Position numbers and translations under genes: made by a program. The notes under the pieces were generated by a model. The model was not told the DNA's origin and ran no database searches. It saw only the letters and a list, made by a program, of their open reading frames with translations. This document shows, piece by piece, positions 1-9,610 of a stretch of DNA of 34,989 nt. The stretch comes from an uncultured Anaerolineae bacterium (lineage in GTDB: Bacteria > Chloroflexota > Anaerolineae > S016-19), in contig CAZEXY010000004.1 of assembly GCA_964516345.1 (NCBI GenBank), forward strand, positions 16,949 through 51,937. Direction: 5' to 3'. Every line of letters starts with the position of its first letter. The first letter of the stretch is position 1.

Positions 1-1
1 G

Positions 2-811
2 GAAGCGGTGAAAGCTGCCCGAGAGGCGGTGAAGCTCAACCCGGATAGCGCCCGCAACAAAGCCGTGCTCGCCATGGCGCTCGATTGGGATGGGGACTAC
101 GAAAAGGCAACGGAGCTGGCGCTGGAGGCCGTGGATACCGACCCGAACCTTGGAATAGCCCATGCTTACCTCGCCGAGATATACGCGGATCAGGGGAACT
201 GGACGAGGGCGCTGGAGGAAGCCCAGAAAGCCATGAAGCTCGACCCACAGAACGTCGACGTCGTCAGGGACATGGGATACGTGCTGGAGCGACAGGGCAA
301 GTACAAGAAAGCCATCTCGTATTACGAACAGGCGCTTTCCCTCCAGCCCAATCTCGATTTTTTGTACATCAGCATAGGCAGGAATTACCTGGCCCTCGAG
401 CGGTACAAGCAGGCGATAGAGGCTTTCCAGAAAGCTGTATCCATAGCGCCGAACAACCCGCAGAACCACGACGCCCTCGGATGGGCGTATTTCCTCAGCC
501 GTGATCCAGAACGCGCGGCGGTGGAACTGCAGAAAGCCATCAAAGTGGGGCCTGACTATGCTCAGGCTTACGCCCACCTTGGGGTAGTATACTATGTTCG
601 CCGGAACTACGAAGGGGCAATCAAAGCTTTCAAGAAAGCCATCGATCTGGGCGCCAACAACGAGGAGTATTTCTACGAGCTCGGCCTTTCCTACGTGTAC
701 CTGGGTGATTGCAAGAACGGGAAGATCTGGCTCGACAAAGCCCTGGACATCAACCCCAATTCCCAGCCTGCTCTGGAAGGGCTGCGTTTGTGCAGTTCGA
801 GTTCTAAGTAA
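2..811 (+). CDS. TPR repeat protein, 5' end truncated by the window edge
   Basis: The frame is open to the left edge of the window. The translation is a run of ~34-aa TPR-like units, e.g. AHAYLAEIYADQGNWTRALEEAQKAMKLDP, AQAYAHLGVVYYVRRNYEGAIKAFKKAIDL and EYFYELGLSYVYLGDCKNGKIWLDKALDINP. Confidence 0.8.
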   Translation, partial: EAVKAAREAVKLNPDSARNKAVLAMALDWDGDYEKATELALEAVDTDPNLGIAHAYLAEIYADQGNWTRALEEAQKAMKLDPQNVDVVRDMGYVLERQGKYKKAISYYEQALSLQPNLDFLYISIGRNYLALERYKQAIEAFQKAVSIAPNNPQNHDALGWAYFLSRDPERAAVELQKAIKVGPDYAQAYAHLGVVYYVRRNYEGAIKAFKKAIDLGANNEEYFYELGLSYVYLGDCKNGKIWLDKALDINPNSQPALEGLRLCSSSSK

Positions 812-834
812 CGCCCCTCGCAAAGGAAGGTGAC

Positions 835-2784
835 GTGAAGTTCGAAAAATCCATCGAGAAAGCCTTCGAGAATCCGCTGGAGCTCGCTGGTATAACGTTT
901 GTCATATCGGTTTTGCTTTCGGCTCTGTTCCTGCACGGAGCGTGGAGCTTCTTCATTGGCGATGCTTCGTGGCCTGTATGGGTGCTCCTCGTGGTAACCT
1001 TTGCTTTCAGCCTCGTGGTGAGAGCGGAGGGAAGAGGGGGCGAAAAATGTCACCTCATAGGCACCGACCTTGCCGTGATCGGGATGGCTCTTCTGTGGCA
1101 ATGGGGAGGGACAGGCAAAGGTGGCGGTGCGATCGGAAGGTGGATTTACGGTCTCTTTCCGGGTAAGTTGGGCGCTTTTCTGGCACCTGTGTTCGGTTTC
1201 CTGCTGATTGGGGCAGGATCGATCTGCTGGGCTATGACTGCGCCTGAGTTGAAAGGGATCGTGCCGAGGACATTCGGGTTGGATCGGAAAGGCGAGAAGC
1301 CGCACGAGATAAAGATGGAGACGCCTTCCTCGGAGCCTCTTCTGCCTGAACTGCCTCCGATCGATCTGCTCCGGGGCGACGAAGGGGAGTTGATGAGCGA
1401 ACGAGAGGCTCGGGAGATGGCACGTACCATCGAGGAGACTCTGGCCGCTTTCAAAGTGCCGGCCAAAGTGGTGAGCATAAGGCGCGGCCCCGCTGTTACG
1501 CAGTTCGGGCTCGAACCGGGTGTGATCACGAGCAGACGCCGCGGCGAGGAAAAGTCCAGGAGGGTCCGCGTCAGCCAGATAAAAGCCCTGCAAAACGACA
1601 TCGCACTCGAACTGGCGGCTGCTTCCATCAGGGTGGAAACCCCCGTTCCGGGGAAGAACTTCGTCGGGATAGAGGTGCCCAATCCAAGGGGCATGGTCGT
1701 TTCTCTGAAAGGAGTGCTGGAATCGAAAGAATTCGCCGGTCTGAAATCCCTTCTGGCAGTGGCGCTCGGAAGAGGGGTCTCCGGAGAACCGGTGGTGCTG
1801 GACCTTGCACGGCTTCCGCATCTTCTCATCGCAGGCGCTACCGGATCTGGAAAGTCCGTGAGCCTGAATGCCATACTGATCTCTCTCCTCATGAAGAACA
1901 CGCCGGACAGGCTCCAGCTTCTTCTCGTCGACCCGAAGAGGGTGGAACTACAGATCTACAACGGGATCCCTCACCTCCTTTCTCCGGTGATCGTAGATCC
2001 GAACGAGGCGGCCAAAGCTCTGAAATGGGCGATCATGGAGATGGACGATCGGTACAGGTCGTTCGTCGATGCCGGCGTCAAGGACATAGAGGGGTACAAC
2101 CGCACTTTTCCCGATCCTATGCCTTATGTGGTGATCGTGATAGACGAGCTCGCCGACCTCATGTTGACTCTCCCGGAGGAGATAGAGCATTCCCTTGTGC
2201 TGTTGGCGCAGAAATCGAGGGCTACGGGGATTCATCTCGTCATAGCGACCCAGCGCCCCAGCGTGGACGTGGTCACCGGGCTCATCAAAGCCAACTTCCC
2301 TGCCAGGATAGCTTTCAACGTGAGTTCGTCGATCGATTCGCGGGTCATACTGGACCAGAACGGCGCGGAGAAGCTGCTGGGGAAGGGAGATGGACTTCTC
2401 ATGCTCCCGTGGCTTAGCAAGCCGCTTCGGTTCAAAGGATGTTTCGTGAGCGACGAAGAAGCCGAGGCGGTGACCGAATTCTGGCGCTCTCAGGCAGTGG
2501 AACTTTGGGGCGATGCGGGGGAAGACGCTCCTCCCTGGATAGGGATTCCTCTTCGGGAGGAGGAAGGAAGCGACGATTCTCTCATCGAAGAAGCCGTGGA
2601 GATGCTGAAAGGGCAGAAAACCACCTCGACTTCCTGGCTCCAGAGGAAACTGCGACTCGGGTTCCCAAGAGCGGCACGTTTGATGGAAGAGCTGGAGGCA
2701 AGGGGAGTGGTCGGTCCGGACGAAGGTGCAGGTAGAGGTAGGAAGGTATTGATAAGCCCCGATTCGGAGGAACGGCAGGAATAG
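835..2784 (+). CDS. ftsK: DNA translocase FtsK/SpoIIIE
   Basis: N-terminal hydrophobic segments. Walker A LIAGATGSGKS and Walker B VVIVIDELADL. C-terminal gamma winged-helix TSTSWLQRKLRLGFPRAARLMEELEARGVVGP. GTG start preceded by GGAAGGTG. Confidence 0.9.
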   Translation: MKFEKSIEKAFENPLELAGITFVISVLLSALFLHGAWSFFIGDASWPVWVLLVVTFAFSLVVRAEGRGGEKCHLIGTDLAVIGMALLWQWGGTGKGGGAIGRWIYGLFPGKLGAFLAPVFGFLLIGAGSICWAMTAPELKGIVPRTFGLDRKGEKPHEIKMETPSSEPLLPELPPIDLLRGDEGELMSEREAREMARTIEETLAAFKVPAKVVSIRRGPAVTQFGLEPGVITSRRRGEEKSRRVRVSQIKALQNDIALELAAASIRVETPVPGKNFVGIEVPNPRGMVVSLKGVLESKEFAGLKSLLAVALGRGVSGEPVVLDLARLPHLLIAGATGSGKSVSLNAILISLLMKNTPDRLQLLLVDPKRVELQIYNGIPHLLSPVIVDPNEAAKALKWAIMEMDDRYRSFVDAGVKDIEGYNRTFPDPMPYVVIVIDELADLMLTLPEEIEHSLVLLAQKSRATGIHLVIATQRPSVDVVTGLIKANFPARIAFNVSSSIDSRVILDQNGAEKLLGKGDGLLMLPWLSKPLRFKGCFVSDEEAEAVTEFWRSQAVELWGDAGEDAPPWIGIPLREEEGSDDSLIEEAVEMLKGQKTTSTSWLQRKLRLGFPRAARLMEELEARGVVGPDEGAGRGRKVLISPDSEERQE

Positions 2785-2871
2785 CCCGGCTGATGTCTGC
2801 CTGGGCTTGCAATCCCCTCGAAAACGTACGAAAATCGGCATAAAGTCGAGTTCGTTTCACGGAGGTTTGCG

Positions 2872-4533
2872 ATGGGAGAGGAGAAACTCTCGGAAGAGCC
2901 GTTGAAAGAAGATGCGATTTATGTCGTCGGCCACCAGAACCCGGATACCGATAGCATCGCCTCGGCCATATCCTATGCCTACTTCAAGAACCTGACGGAC
3001 GGAGAGCTATCGTATCAGGCGGTGCGACTTGGGGAGCCGAACCACGAGACCGCTTTTGTGCTGAGGTATTTTGGATTGCCGCTTCCGCCGCTCATCCGGC
3101 ATGTGTACCGTCGAGTTGCCGATGCGATGGTCAAAGATGTCGTGGTTGCCGCCACCGATTCCACGGTTTACGAAGTTGGGGCGCTCATGATCTCTCACAA
3201 GCTGAGGGATATCCCGCTGGTGGACGAAGAAGGTCGGCTGGCGGGTCTCGTGACCGAAAGGAAGATAGCGAGGAGCTACCTGGAGGAGTTCAGGGAGTTC
3301 ACGCTGGAGGATCACCCTCCGAAGGTCGCCGATGTGGTCAGGACCATGGACGCTTCCCTGGTCGTTGGGAACATGGACGACCTCCTGAGGGGCAGGCCGA
3401 TGATCGGGGCCATGTCGCCCGAAAAGATGAGGAGGTATTTGAGCGAAGGGGATGTACTGATCACCGGCGACAGGGAGGAAGCGCAGGAAGTCGGGATAGA
3501 GATCGGGGTTAGCTGCATAATCGTCACCGGCGGCACACCTCCTTCGGATAGGATCCTGCGGCTTGCCAGGGAGCGCGGAGTGGTGGTGATAGTGACTCCG
3601 TACAACACCTACGTCGCTGGTCGGCTGTTGAGGTTGAGTTCTCCGGCTGTTAGGATGATGGAGAAGAAACCGTTGACGGTTTCCAGGGACGTGGTACTTC
3701 GGGATTTCATGGACGAACTCATGAGGGATCACAACGGTATAGCCGTCGTGGTGGACGAAGAGAGGAAAGTCGAAGGCGTGATCACGAGGCACGATCTGAT
3801 CGACCCACCCAAGCGGAAAGTGATCCTGGTGGATCATTCGGAGAAGACGCAGGCGGTAGCCGGGATAGAGGAGGCAGAGATACTGGAGATCGTGGATCAT
3901 CACCGGCTTGGAGGACTCGAGACGGGACAGCCCATAACCGCTTACGTGCGCCCTGTGGGATGCACCAACACGATAATCTGGGACCTCTACAAATCCAACG
4001 AGGTATATCCTTCGAGGACGGTGGCAGGCGCAATGCTCGCAGCGATCCTTTCCGACACGATGTTGCTGAAATCGCCGACGACCACGAAATACGACCGGCA
4101 GGCGGTGAAAGAAATCGCCGATTTCCTCGGAATGGATTACATGCAGTTTGGCATTCAGATGTATACCGAGAAGACAAACATAAACCATCTGTCGCCCAGG
4201 GAGATCCTCACCATGGATCTGAAGGAGTCACACTTCCCCAGGGGTACGGTTGCCGTTGCACAGATAGAAGTGGCCGACAAGTCGATCGTCCTTTCCCGAA
4301 AGAAAGAGATACTGGAAGAAATGGAGCGCATCTCCAGGGAGAGAGGCTACGATCTTTTCCTCCTCATGGTCACGGATGTGCTCGAAGAGGGAACCGAAAT
4401 GCTGGCCGTGGGGCAGATCAGGCTCGCAGAAAACGCGTTCCGTGTGACATTCAGGGAGAATTCGGCTTACATGCCCGGGGTCATGTCACGAAAGAAACAG
4501 GTGATGCCATTCCTGGCGGACGGCTTGAGGTGA
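2872..4533 (+). CDS. ppaC: CBS-domain-containing family II (DHH/DHHA2, Mn-dependent) inorganic pyrophosphatase
   Basis: N-terminal DHH motifs (VVGHQNPDTDSIAS) and EIVDHHRLG. A CBS pair with an intervening DRTGG-like segment (VLITGDREEAQ..IIVTGG). DHHA2 signature AILSDTMLLKSPTTT. GGAGG lies 7 nt upstream of the ATG. Confidence 0.85.
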   Translation: MGEEKLSEEPLKEDAIYVVGHQNPDTDSIASAISYAYFKNLTDGELSYQAVRLGEPNHETAFVLRYFGLPLPPLIRHVYRRVADAMVKDVVVAATDSTVYEVGALMISHKLRDIPLVDEEGRLAGLVTERKIARSYLEEFREFTLEDHPPKVADVVRTMDASLVVGNMDDLLRGRPMIGAMSPEKMRRYLSEGDVLITGDREEAQEVGIEIGVSCIIVTGGTPPSDRILRLARERGVVVIVTPYNTYVAGRLLRLSSPAVRMMEKKPLTVSRDVVLRDFMDELMRDHNGIAVVVDEERKVEGVITRHDLIDPPKRKVILVDHSEKTQAVAGIEEAEILEIVDHHRLGGLETGQPITAYVRPVGCTNTIIWDLYKSNEVYPSRTVAGAMLAAILSDTMLLKSPTTTKYDRQAVKEIADFLGMDYMQFGIQMYTEKTNINHLSPREILTMDLKESHFPRGTVAVAQIEVADKSIVLSRKKEILEEMERISRERGYDLFLLMVTDVLEEGTEMLAVGQIRLAENAFRVTFRENSAYMPGVMSRKKQVMPFLADGLR

Positions 4534-4640
4534 GGAAGACGATAGGCTGTGCTCCGCCACCGATGTGCTGAATCCCGGCTTTCTGCCTTATTGCCTCGAA
4601 GAGACCTGCCCGTTTACCGGCGAGGGGTGGCGCATCACTA

Positions 4641-4785
4641 CGTCGATCGAATCAGAAACCCGTTCGGTGAACCGCAGGGTAGGTGAGGGTAGTGCCCTCG
4701 CCTACCTCGGAGAATCCTGATTCAGCGGGCTTCTGCCCCAAACCGGCAAGACTTTGTGAGACTCAACATTGCAGATCACCCCTGC
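4641..4785 (-). repeat. Copy A of a dispersed ~130-150 bp repeat, in inverted orientation relative to copies B and C
   Basis: The reverse complement aligns by eye with 34805-34930. Shared blocks are G(C/T)AGGGG(T/C)GA..TTGCA.TGTTGAG, GTCTCACA(A/G)AGT...GCCGGTTTGGG.CA.AAGCCCGCTGA and GGTAGGCGA.GGCACT.CC..C.CCTACCCT. It contains a 12-bp stem-loop at 4678-4706 (GGTAGGTGAGGG tagtg CCCTCGCCTACC, with one G.U). Confidence 0.75.
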
Positions 4786-4909
4786 TATTCCATGCCATGT
4801 TTTCTCCAATCTCTGACGCCTATCCTCTGTGTTGTGGTTGATAGGGAAACCCCGAACGCAGCCAGTGAATCGGATCGATAAGAACGATGGTCTATCATTC
4901 CTCCATCGC

Positions 4910-4938
4910 TTGCTAATAGTAGATTTTTTGTATAGAAT
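4910..4938 (+). promoter_or_regulatory. Putative sigma-70-type promoter of recA
   Basis: TTGCTA (4910-4915), a 17-nt spacer, then TAGAAT (4933-4938). It sits about 80 nt upstream of the recA ATG. Read by eye only. Confidence 0.45.
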
Positions 4939-5016
4939 GTAGGAGGATTTTCAGACTCTTTTCCATGAAGGAAATCGTGGAGGAGCGCATAACCACAAGG
5001 AGTGGAAGGAAGTTCA

Positions 5017-6063
5017 ATGGCAAGAACCAGCACATCGGAAAACAGGAAGAAGGCCCTGGAGATAGCCGTCGCAAATGTGAGGAAGAGGTTTGGCGAAAGC
5101 GCCATCATGCGCCTTGGCGAGGCGCCCCACATGCAGGTGGAGGCAATCCCCACGGGTTCTTTGTCCCTGGATATTGCCCTCGGCATCGGAGGGGTACCCA
5201 GAGGGAGGGTGACGGAAATTTACGGCCCGGAATCTTCCGGGAAGACGACCATCTGCCAGCACATCATCGCCGAAGCACAGAAGATGGGAGGCGTGGCGGC
5301 GTTCATCGATGTCGAGCATGCCCTCGACCCGTTCTATGCCGCGAAATGCGGCGTCAACGTGGACGATCTTTACATCTCACAGCCCGATACCGGAGAGCAG
5401 GCATTGGAGATAGCCGAATCCCTGGTCCGTTCTGGGGCTGTGGACGTGGTGGTGATCGATTCCGTGGCCGCCCTGGTCCCCAGAGCCGAAATCGAAGGGG
5501 ACATGGGGGACGCCCACGTTGGGCTCCAGGCCAGGCTCATGAGCCAGGCTTTGCGGAAGCTGGCGGGAGCGATAAAAAGCTCCAACACCGCCATGATCTT
5601 CACGAATCAGATCAGACACAAAATAGGCGTTTTCTTCGGCAGCCCTGAAACCACTACAGGTGGCCTTGCGCTTCGGTTCTACGCGTCCGTTCGAATGGAC
5701 GTGAGGCGGATCGAAGCGATAAAAGACAAAGGTACGGTCATCGGGAACCGAACGAAGGTCACCGTCAAGAAGAACAAAGTAGCCCCCCCGTTCCGCATCG
5801 CAGAATTCGATATCATCTACAACGAAGGCATATCGAGGAGCGGGGAAGTGATAGACCTTGGAGTGGAGATGGGGATCATAGAAAAGCGGGGATCCTTCTA
5901 CTCCTACCAGGGCGAGAGGCTCGGCCAGGGAAGGGAAAACGTCAGGGCGTTCCTCAAGGAGCACCCTGCCCTCATGCATGAGATAGAAAACAAGATCCGT
6001 GTGGAGGCCGGACTGCCACCGCTCCCGGATTACGATCTCGTGCAGGAGGAAAGCGAAGGTTGA
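5017..6063 (+). CDS. recA: Recombinase RecA
   Basis: Unmistakable RecA sequence: [23 protein letters not shown], Walker [10 protein letters not shown] and [14 protein letters not shown] chose the ATG at 5017 because GGAAGGA lies 6 nt upstream. The ORF-track GTG at 5002 would add five atypical residues. Confidence 0.95.
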   Translation: MARTSTSENRKKALEIAVANVRKRFGESAIMRLGEAPHMQVEAIPTGSLSLDIALGIGGVPRGRVTEIYGPESSGKTTICQHIIAEAQKMGGVAAFIDVEHALDPFYAAKCGVNVDDLYISQPDTGEQALEIAESLVRSGAVDVVVIDSVAALVPRAEIEGDMGDAHVGLQARLMSQALRKLAGAIKSSNTAMIFTNQIRHKIGVFFGSPETTTGGLALRFYASVRMDVRRIEAIKDKGTVIGNRTKVTVKKNKVAPPFRIAEFDIIYNEGISRSGEVIDLGVEMGIIEKRGSFYSYQGERLGQGRENVRAFLKEHPALMHEIENKIRVEAGLPPLPDYDLVQEESEG

Positions 6064-6069
6064 TCTCAG

Positions 6070-6717
6070 GTGGCTGGCAAAATCTCGGAGTTGCGCTTTC
6101 AGAAGAGGAAGCGTGACTGGGTAAACGTCTTCGTGGATGGGGAGTATGCCTTTTCGCTGCCGGCGGTCAAAGCGGCGAGCCTTCGGGTGGGGCAGTATCT
6201 TACGGACGAAGAAGTGGAAAGCCTTGTAAGGCTACAGGAAGAAGAAAAGGCTTACGAAAGGGCCGTCAGATTCCTGGGATACAGACCACGAAGCCGATCG
6301 GAAGTTGAGAGGTACCTTAAAAAGAAGAAAACCGCACCGCAAGCGATAGCTGCGGTGATCCGGCGTCTGGACGACGCCGGGTATCTGGACGACGAGGAGT
6401 TTGCCAGGTTCTGGGTAAGCAACCGTGTGCAGTTCTCCCCGAGAGGTCGCAGGGCTCTGGAATACGAACTCCGGAGCAAGGGACTGAGCGAGCAGTTGAT
6501 CCAAAAAGTGCTCGACAGAGAGCTCAGGGAAGACGAAGAAACGGTGGCTTATGAGCTGGCAAAAGCGAAATCGAAGCAATGGAAGATCGAAGACTATCCT
6601 TCTTTCGCCAGAAAACTCGGGGGGTTTCTGCAGCGGAGGGGCTTCGATTATCAGGTCGTCCGGAGAGTCGTTCGACGCATCTGGGATGAGGAGAAGAGTT
6701 CCCAGATTGCGGATTAG
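6070..6717 (+). CDS. recX: Recombination regulator RecX
   Basis: Lies 6 nt downstream of recA. The repeated helical RecX pattern is present (AYERAVRFLGYRPRSRSEVERYLKKK, VIRRLDDAGYLDDEEFARFWV, RRGFDYQVVRRV). Confidence 0.85.
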   Translation: MAGKISELRFQKRKRDWVNVFVDGEYAFSLPAVKAASLRVGQYLTDEEVESLVRLQEEEKAYERAVRFLGYRPRSRSEVERYLKKKKTAPQAIAAVIRRLDDAGYLDDEEFARFWVSNRVQFSPRGRRALEYELRSKGLSEQLIQKVLDRELREDEETVAYELAKAKSKQWKIEDYPSFARKLGGFLQRRGFDYQVVRRVVRRIWDEEKSSQIAD

Positions 6718-6768
6718 CACCATGCAGGCGGTACGCCTGTTCAGCACACTCGGTCAAGGTGAATGAAA

Positions 6769-8307
6769 ATGCATGGAGGGAGAATCATCGTAGAACTCAT
6801 TATAGCTGTAGGGGTTGGTGCTCTCTCCTTTGTCCTGGGATATTTGTTTCACAAGATATCCGAAAAACGTGAGAGGGGTTCAGCGCGGGAAGAGGCCGAA
6901 AAGATTCTGGCCGAAAGCAAATCCGAGGCCCGGGATATCATCCTGGCAGCCAAGGATGAAGCGATCAGGATAAAGGATGCAGCAGAAAAGGAGATAGAGC
7001 GCCGTCGACGTGACCTGCAACGTCAGGAAGAGCGGGTTCAACGGAGGTTGGAGAATTTAGACAAGAAACTGGAGCGGCTGGATTCCAAGGAGAAGAGACT
7101 CGGCCAGCTTCAGGCACAACTGGAAAAAGACACGGCAGAAGCAGCGGAGCTTTTGAAACGCAAGAAAGCGGAGTTGGAAAGGATTTCTGGTTTGAGCTCC
7201 GAGGAAGCGAAGAAGCTGCTTCTGGAAGAAGTGGCCAGGGAATCGAGGCAGGATATGGCGCGTGTGATCAGGGAGGTGGAGGCCCAGGCGGAGGCCGAAG
7301 CCAACCGACGTGCCAGCAAGGTCATTGCCACGGTAATCGAACGCATCGCCTCGGACTATGTATCGGAGTCCACCGTGAGCACCGTGCCTTTGCCCAACGA
7401 TGAGATGAAAGGGCGTATCATCGGAAGGCAAGGGAGGAATATCCGTGCCATAGAGGAAGCCACCGGGGTGGATCTCATCGTGGACGACACGCCGGAGGCG
7501 ATAACGATCTCCAGTTTCGATCCCGTCAGGAGGGAAATTGCGCGGATTGCCTTGAGCAGGCTGGTGCAGGATGGGCGTATCCACCCGGCGAGGATCGAAA
7601 AAGAGGTGAAACGCGCCAGGAGCGAGGTGGAGGCCACCATCATAGAGGCCGGGGAGAATGCCCTGGTGGAGCTGGGGATCCAGCGTTTGCACCCGGAGAT
7701 CGTCAAGCTCCTCGGGCGACTCAAGTACCGCACGAGCTATGGGCAGAACCAGCTGTCCCACGCCATAGAGACCGGCTATATAGCCGGAATGCTCGCGGCG
7801 GAGCTTGGGGCGGATGTAAGAATAGCAAAGATGGGAGGGCTTCTGCACGACATAGGCAAAGCCGTGAGCCACGAAAACGACGGACCTCATGCGAGAGTAG
7901 GGGCGGAGATCGCCCGCAGGTATAAGGTGCCGGAGCCGGTGGTGCACTGCATCGAGGCACACCATCATGAAGTGGAGCCCCAGACTCTGGAAGCCGTGAT
8001 CGTTGCAGCGGCCGACGCCATCTCCGGCGCTCGCCCGGGAGCCAGAAGGGAATCGCTGGAAAGTTACATCAAGAGGATCACTGCCCTGGAGGAGATTGCG
8101 AAATCCTTCCAGGGAGTGCAAGAAGCCTTCGCCATTCAGGCCGGGCGGGAGTTGAGGATAATCGTCAAACCGGAGAAAGTGGACGACTACGGGATCATCC
8201 AGTTGTCCAAGGAGATCGCCAGCAAAGTGGAGGAAAACCTGGAGTATCCGGGTCAGATCAAGGTGATGGTTATCAGGGAATCTCGAGCGGTAGAGTTTGC
8301 AAAGTGA
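6769..8307 (+). CDS. rny: Ribonuclease Y
   Basis: N-terminal TM helix and a long coiled coil. KH domain ([26 protein letters not shown]) and HD domain (GLLHDIGKA ... IEAHH). AAGGTGA lies 6 nt upstream of the ATG at 6769. An in-frame ATG at 6763 is the alternative start. Confidence 0.92.
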   Translation: MHGGRIIVELIIAVGVGALSFVLGYLFHKISEKRERGSAREEAEKILAESKSEARDIILAAKDEAIRIKDAAEKEIERRRRDLQRQEERVQRRLENLDKKLERLDSKEKRLGQLQAQLEKDTAEAAELLKRKKAELERISGLSSEEAKKLLLEEVARESRQDMARVIREVEAQAEAEANRRASKVIATVIERIASDYVSESTVSTVPLPNDEMKGRIIGRQGRNIRAIEEATGVDLIVDDTPEAITISSFDPVRREIARIALSRLVQDGRIHPARIEKEVKRARSEVEATIIEAGENALVELGIQRLHPEIVKLLGRLKYRTSYGQNQLSHAIETGYIAGMLAAELGADVRIAKMGGLLHDIGKAVSHENDGPHARVGAEIARRYKVPEPVVHCIEAHHHEVEPQTLEAVIVAAADAISGARPGARRESLESYIKRITALEEIAKSFQGVQEAFAIQAGRELRIIVKPEKVDDYGIIQLSKEIASKVEENLEYPGQIKVMVIRESRAVEFAK

Positions 8308-8309
8308 GT

Positions 8310-8333
8310 AAAGGGGCGCTCGTGCGCCCCTTT
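8310..8333 (+). terminator. Stem-loop after rny; a possible weak terminator or processing hairpin
   Basis: AAAGGGGCGC tcgt GCGCCCCTTT, a perfect 10-bp stem. There is no extended U tract beyond the TTT that is already part of the stem. Confidence 0.4.
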
Positions 8334-8391
8334 GAGTGATAAGGCCTGGTGGAGACAAAACATCCACACACGACGTAGACGGAGGGACGCC

Positions 8392-8682
8392 ATGGACATC
8401 ATTAAGGTTTCCGCAAGCTCTCGCTCCACTGCTGTGGCTGGCGCTATCGCCGGTGTCATCAGAGAACACCGGCATGCCGAGGTACAGGCGATTGGGGCCA
8501 GCGCGGTGAACCAGGCGGTCAAAGCCGTCGCCATTGCCCGGGGTTACCTGCAGGAGGATGGGATCGACATCATCTCCATACCGGCTTTCATAGAGGTGGA
8601 CATAAACGGACAGGAGAGAACGGCCATAAGGATCACCGTGGAGCCCAGATGCGATCCCTGCAAGGAAGTGGTGGAAAGCTGA
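8392..8682 (+). CDS. spoVS: Stage V sporulation protein S (SpoVS) family protein
   Basis: MDIIKVSASSRSTAVAGAIAGVIREHRHAEVQAIGASAVNQAVKAVAIARGYL is typical SpoVS. GGAGGG lies 5 nt upstream of the ATG at 8392. The ORF-track start at 8332 adds an R-rich junk extension. A short Cys-containing C-terminal tail (RCDPCKEVVES) is present. Confidence 0.88.
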   Translation: MDIIKVSASSRSTAVAGAIAGVIREHRHAEVQAIGASAVNQAVKAVAIARGYLQEDGIDIISIPAFIEVDINGQERTAIRITVEPRCDPCKEVVES

Positions 8683-8855
8683 GCCGAAGTTTTTGGTTGT
8701 GTGCTTTCTGCTCCGGCACTTCTTGAAGCTGGCCCGGTTGCGCTCTCGCGGGTGAAAGACCTCCATCCAGCTTACCAGGTTCGTAGTAGCTTGCCTGGAA
8801 TAGGGGAAATCCTTGTGCTTCTGCTGCTCTCTGAAAAGTATCTAAGGAGAAATGA

Positions 8856-9539
8856 ATGATCCCTCTCAGAGATACGGTTCCGACCAGAACGTTCCCGATT
8901 GTAAATTATACGATCATCTTTCTCAACATATTGGTTTTCCTGTTCGAAGTGTCCCTCGGTCCTCATTTGCGTGAGTTCATAGCCAACTGGGCTGTGGTCC
9001 CTGTGAGGATACTGAGCTGGCATCAGCATCCATGGGTCCTCGTAACACTGATAACGGCTCAATTTCTCCACGGGGGATGGGTGCATGTTGGAGGAAACAT
9101 GCTGTACCTCTGGATATTTGGAGACAACGTCGAAGAGGAAATGGGGCACATCAGGTATCTCCTTTTTTACCTGTTCGGCGGGATAATGGCCTCGATGGCG
9201 CAGATATTCTTCAATCCACATTCCTCGATCCCCACCCTGGGAGCAAGCGGAGCGATCGCGGCTGTGCTCGGCGCTTACCTCGTGTACTTCCCGCGTGGAG
9301 GGGTGACGGTGGTTCTCCCTCTGTTGTTCTACTTCGAGATAGTCACGCTCCCTGCCGTGCTGGTGCTTGGAACATGGTTCCTGGAACAGCTTCTGAACGG
9401 CACGTTGAGCATCTCCACCGGAGCTGCAGTCACAGGTGGAGTTGCGTGGTGGGCGCACGTAGGAGGATTCACGACCGGCCTGATCCTGGGGCCCATGTTC
9501 AGGAGGCGGCGTCATTCTCCACCATCTCTCTGGTACTGA
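8856..9539 (+). CDS. Rhomboid family intramembrane serine protease
   Basis: Polytopic membrane protein with HGGWVHVGGNMLYLWIFG, the catalytic GASGAIAAVLGAY (GxSG) and the C-terminal WWAHVGGF histidine motif. AAGGAG lies upstream of the ATG. Confidence 0.88.
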   Translation: MIPLRDTVPTRTFPIVNYTIIFLNILVFLFEVSLGPHLREFIANWAVVPVRILSWHQHPWVLVTLITAQFLHGGWVHVGGNMLYLWIFGDNVEEEMGHIRYLLFYLFGGIMASMAQIFFNPHSSIPTLGASGAIAAVLGAYLVYFPRGGVTVVLPLLFYFEIVTLPAVLVLGTWFLEQLLNGTLSISTGAAVTGGVAWWAHVGGFTTGLILGPMFRRRRHSPPSLWY

Positions 9540-9610
9540 GGTGCGAATTTCATCCACGCAGTTTTCGATCTGCCGGCCCGCACCACGGTTCACGCCTGGG
9601 CGCAAGAAAG

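Noticed and set aside
4881-4893. Possible LexA/SOS box AGAACGATGGTCT upstream of recA.
   Set aside because: Only one half-site matches the Gram-positive GAAC-N4-GTTC consensus (GTCT instead of GTTC). It also lies upstream of the predicted -35 rather than over the promoter. This is not enough evidence.
7057-8766. Very long antisense or alternative-frame ORFs: 7057..8766 (-), 9742..11382 (-), 16918..18906 (-), 20179..21669 (-), 25990..27225 (+), 3007..4188 (-), 691..1821 (-) and 17499..18731 (+).
   Set aside because: Each lies entirely within a gene with unmistakable family motifs on the other strand or frame (rny, argG, fdhA, groEL, recN, the pyrophosphatase gene, ftsK). Their translations are Arg/Pro/Gly/His-rich with no recognisable motifs. 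Such ORFs are expected in GC-rich DNA.
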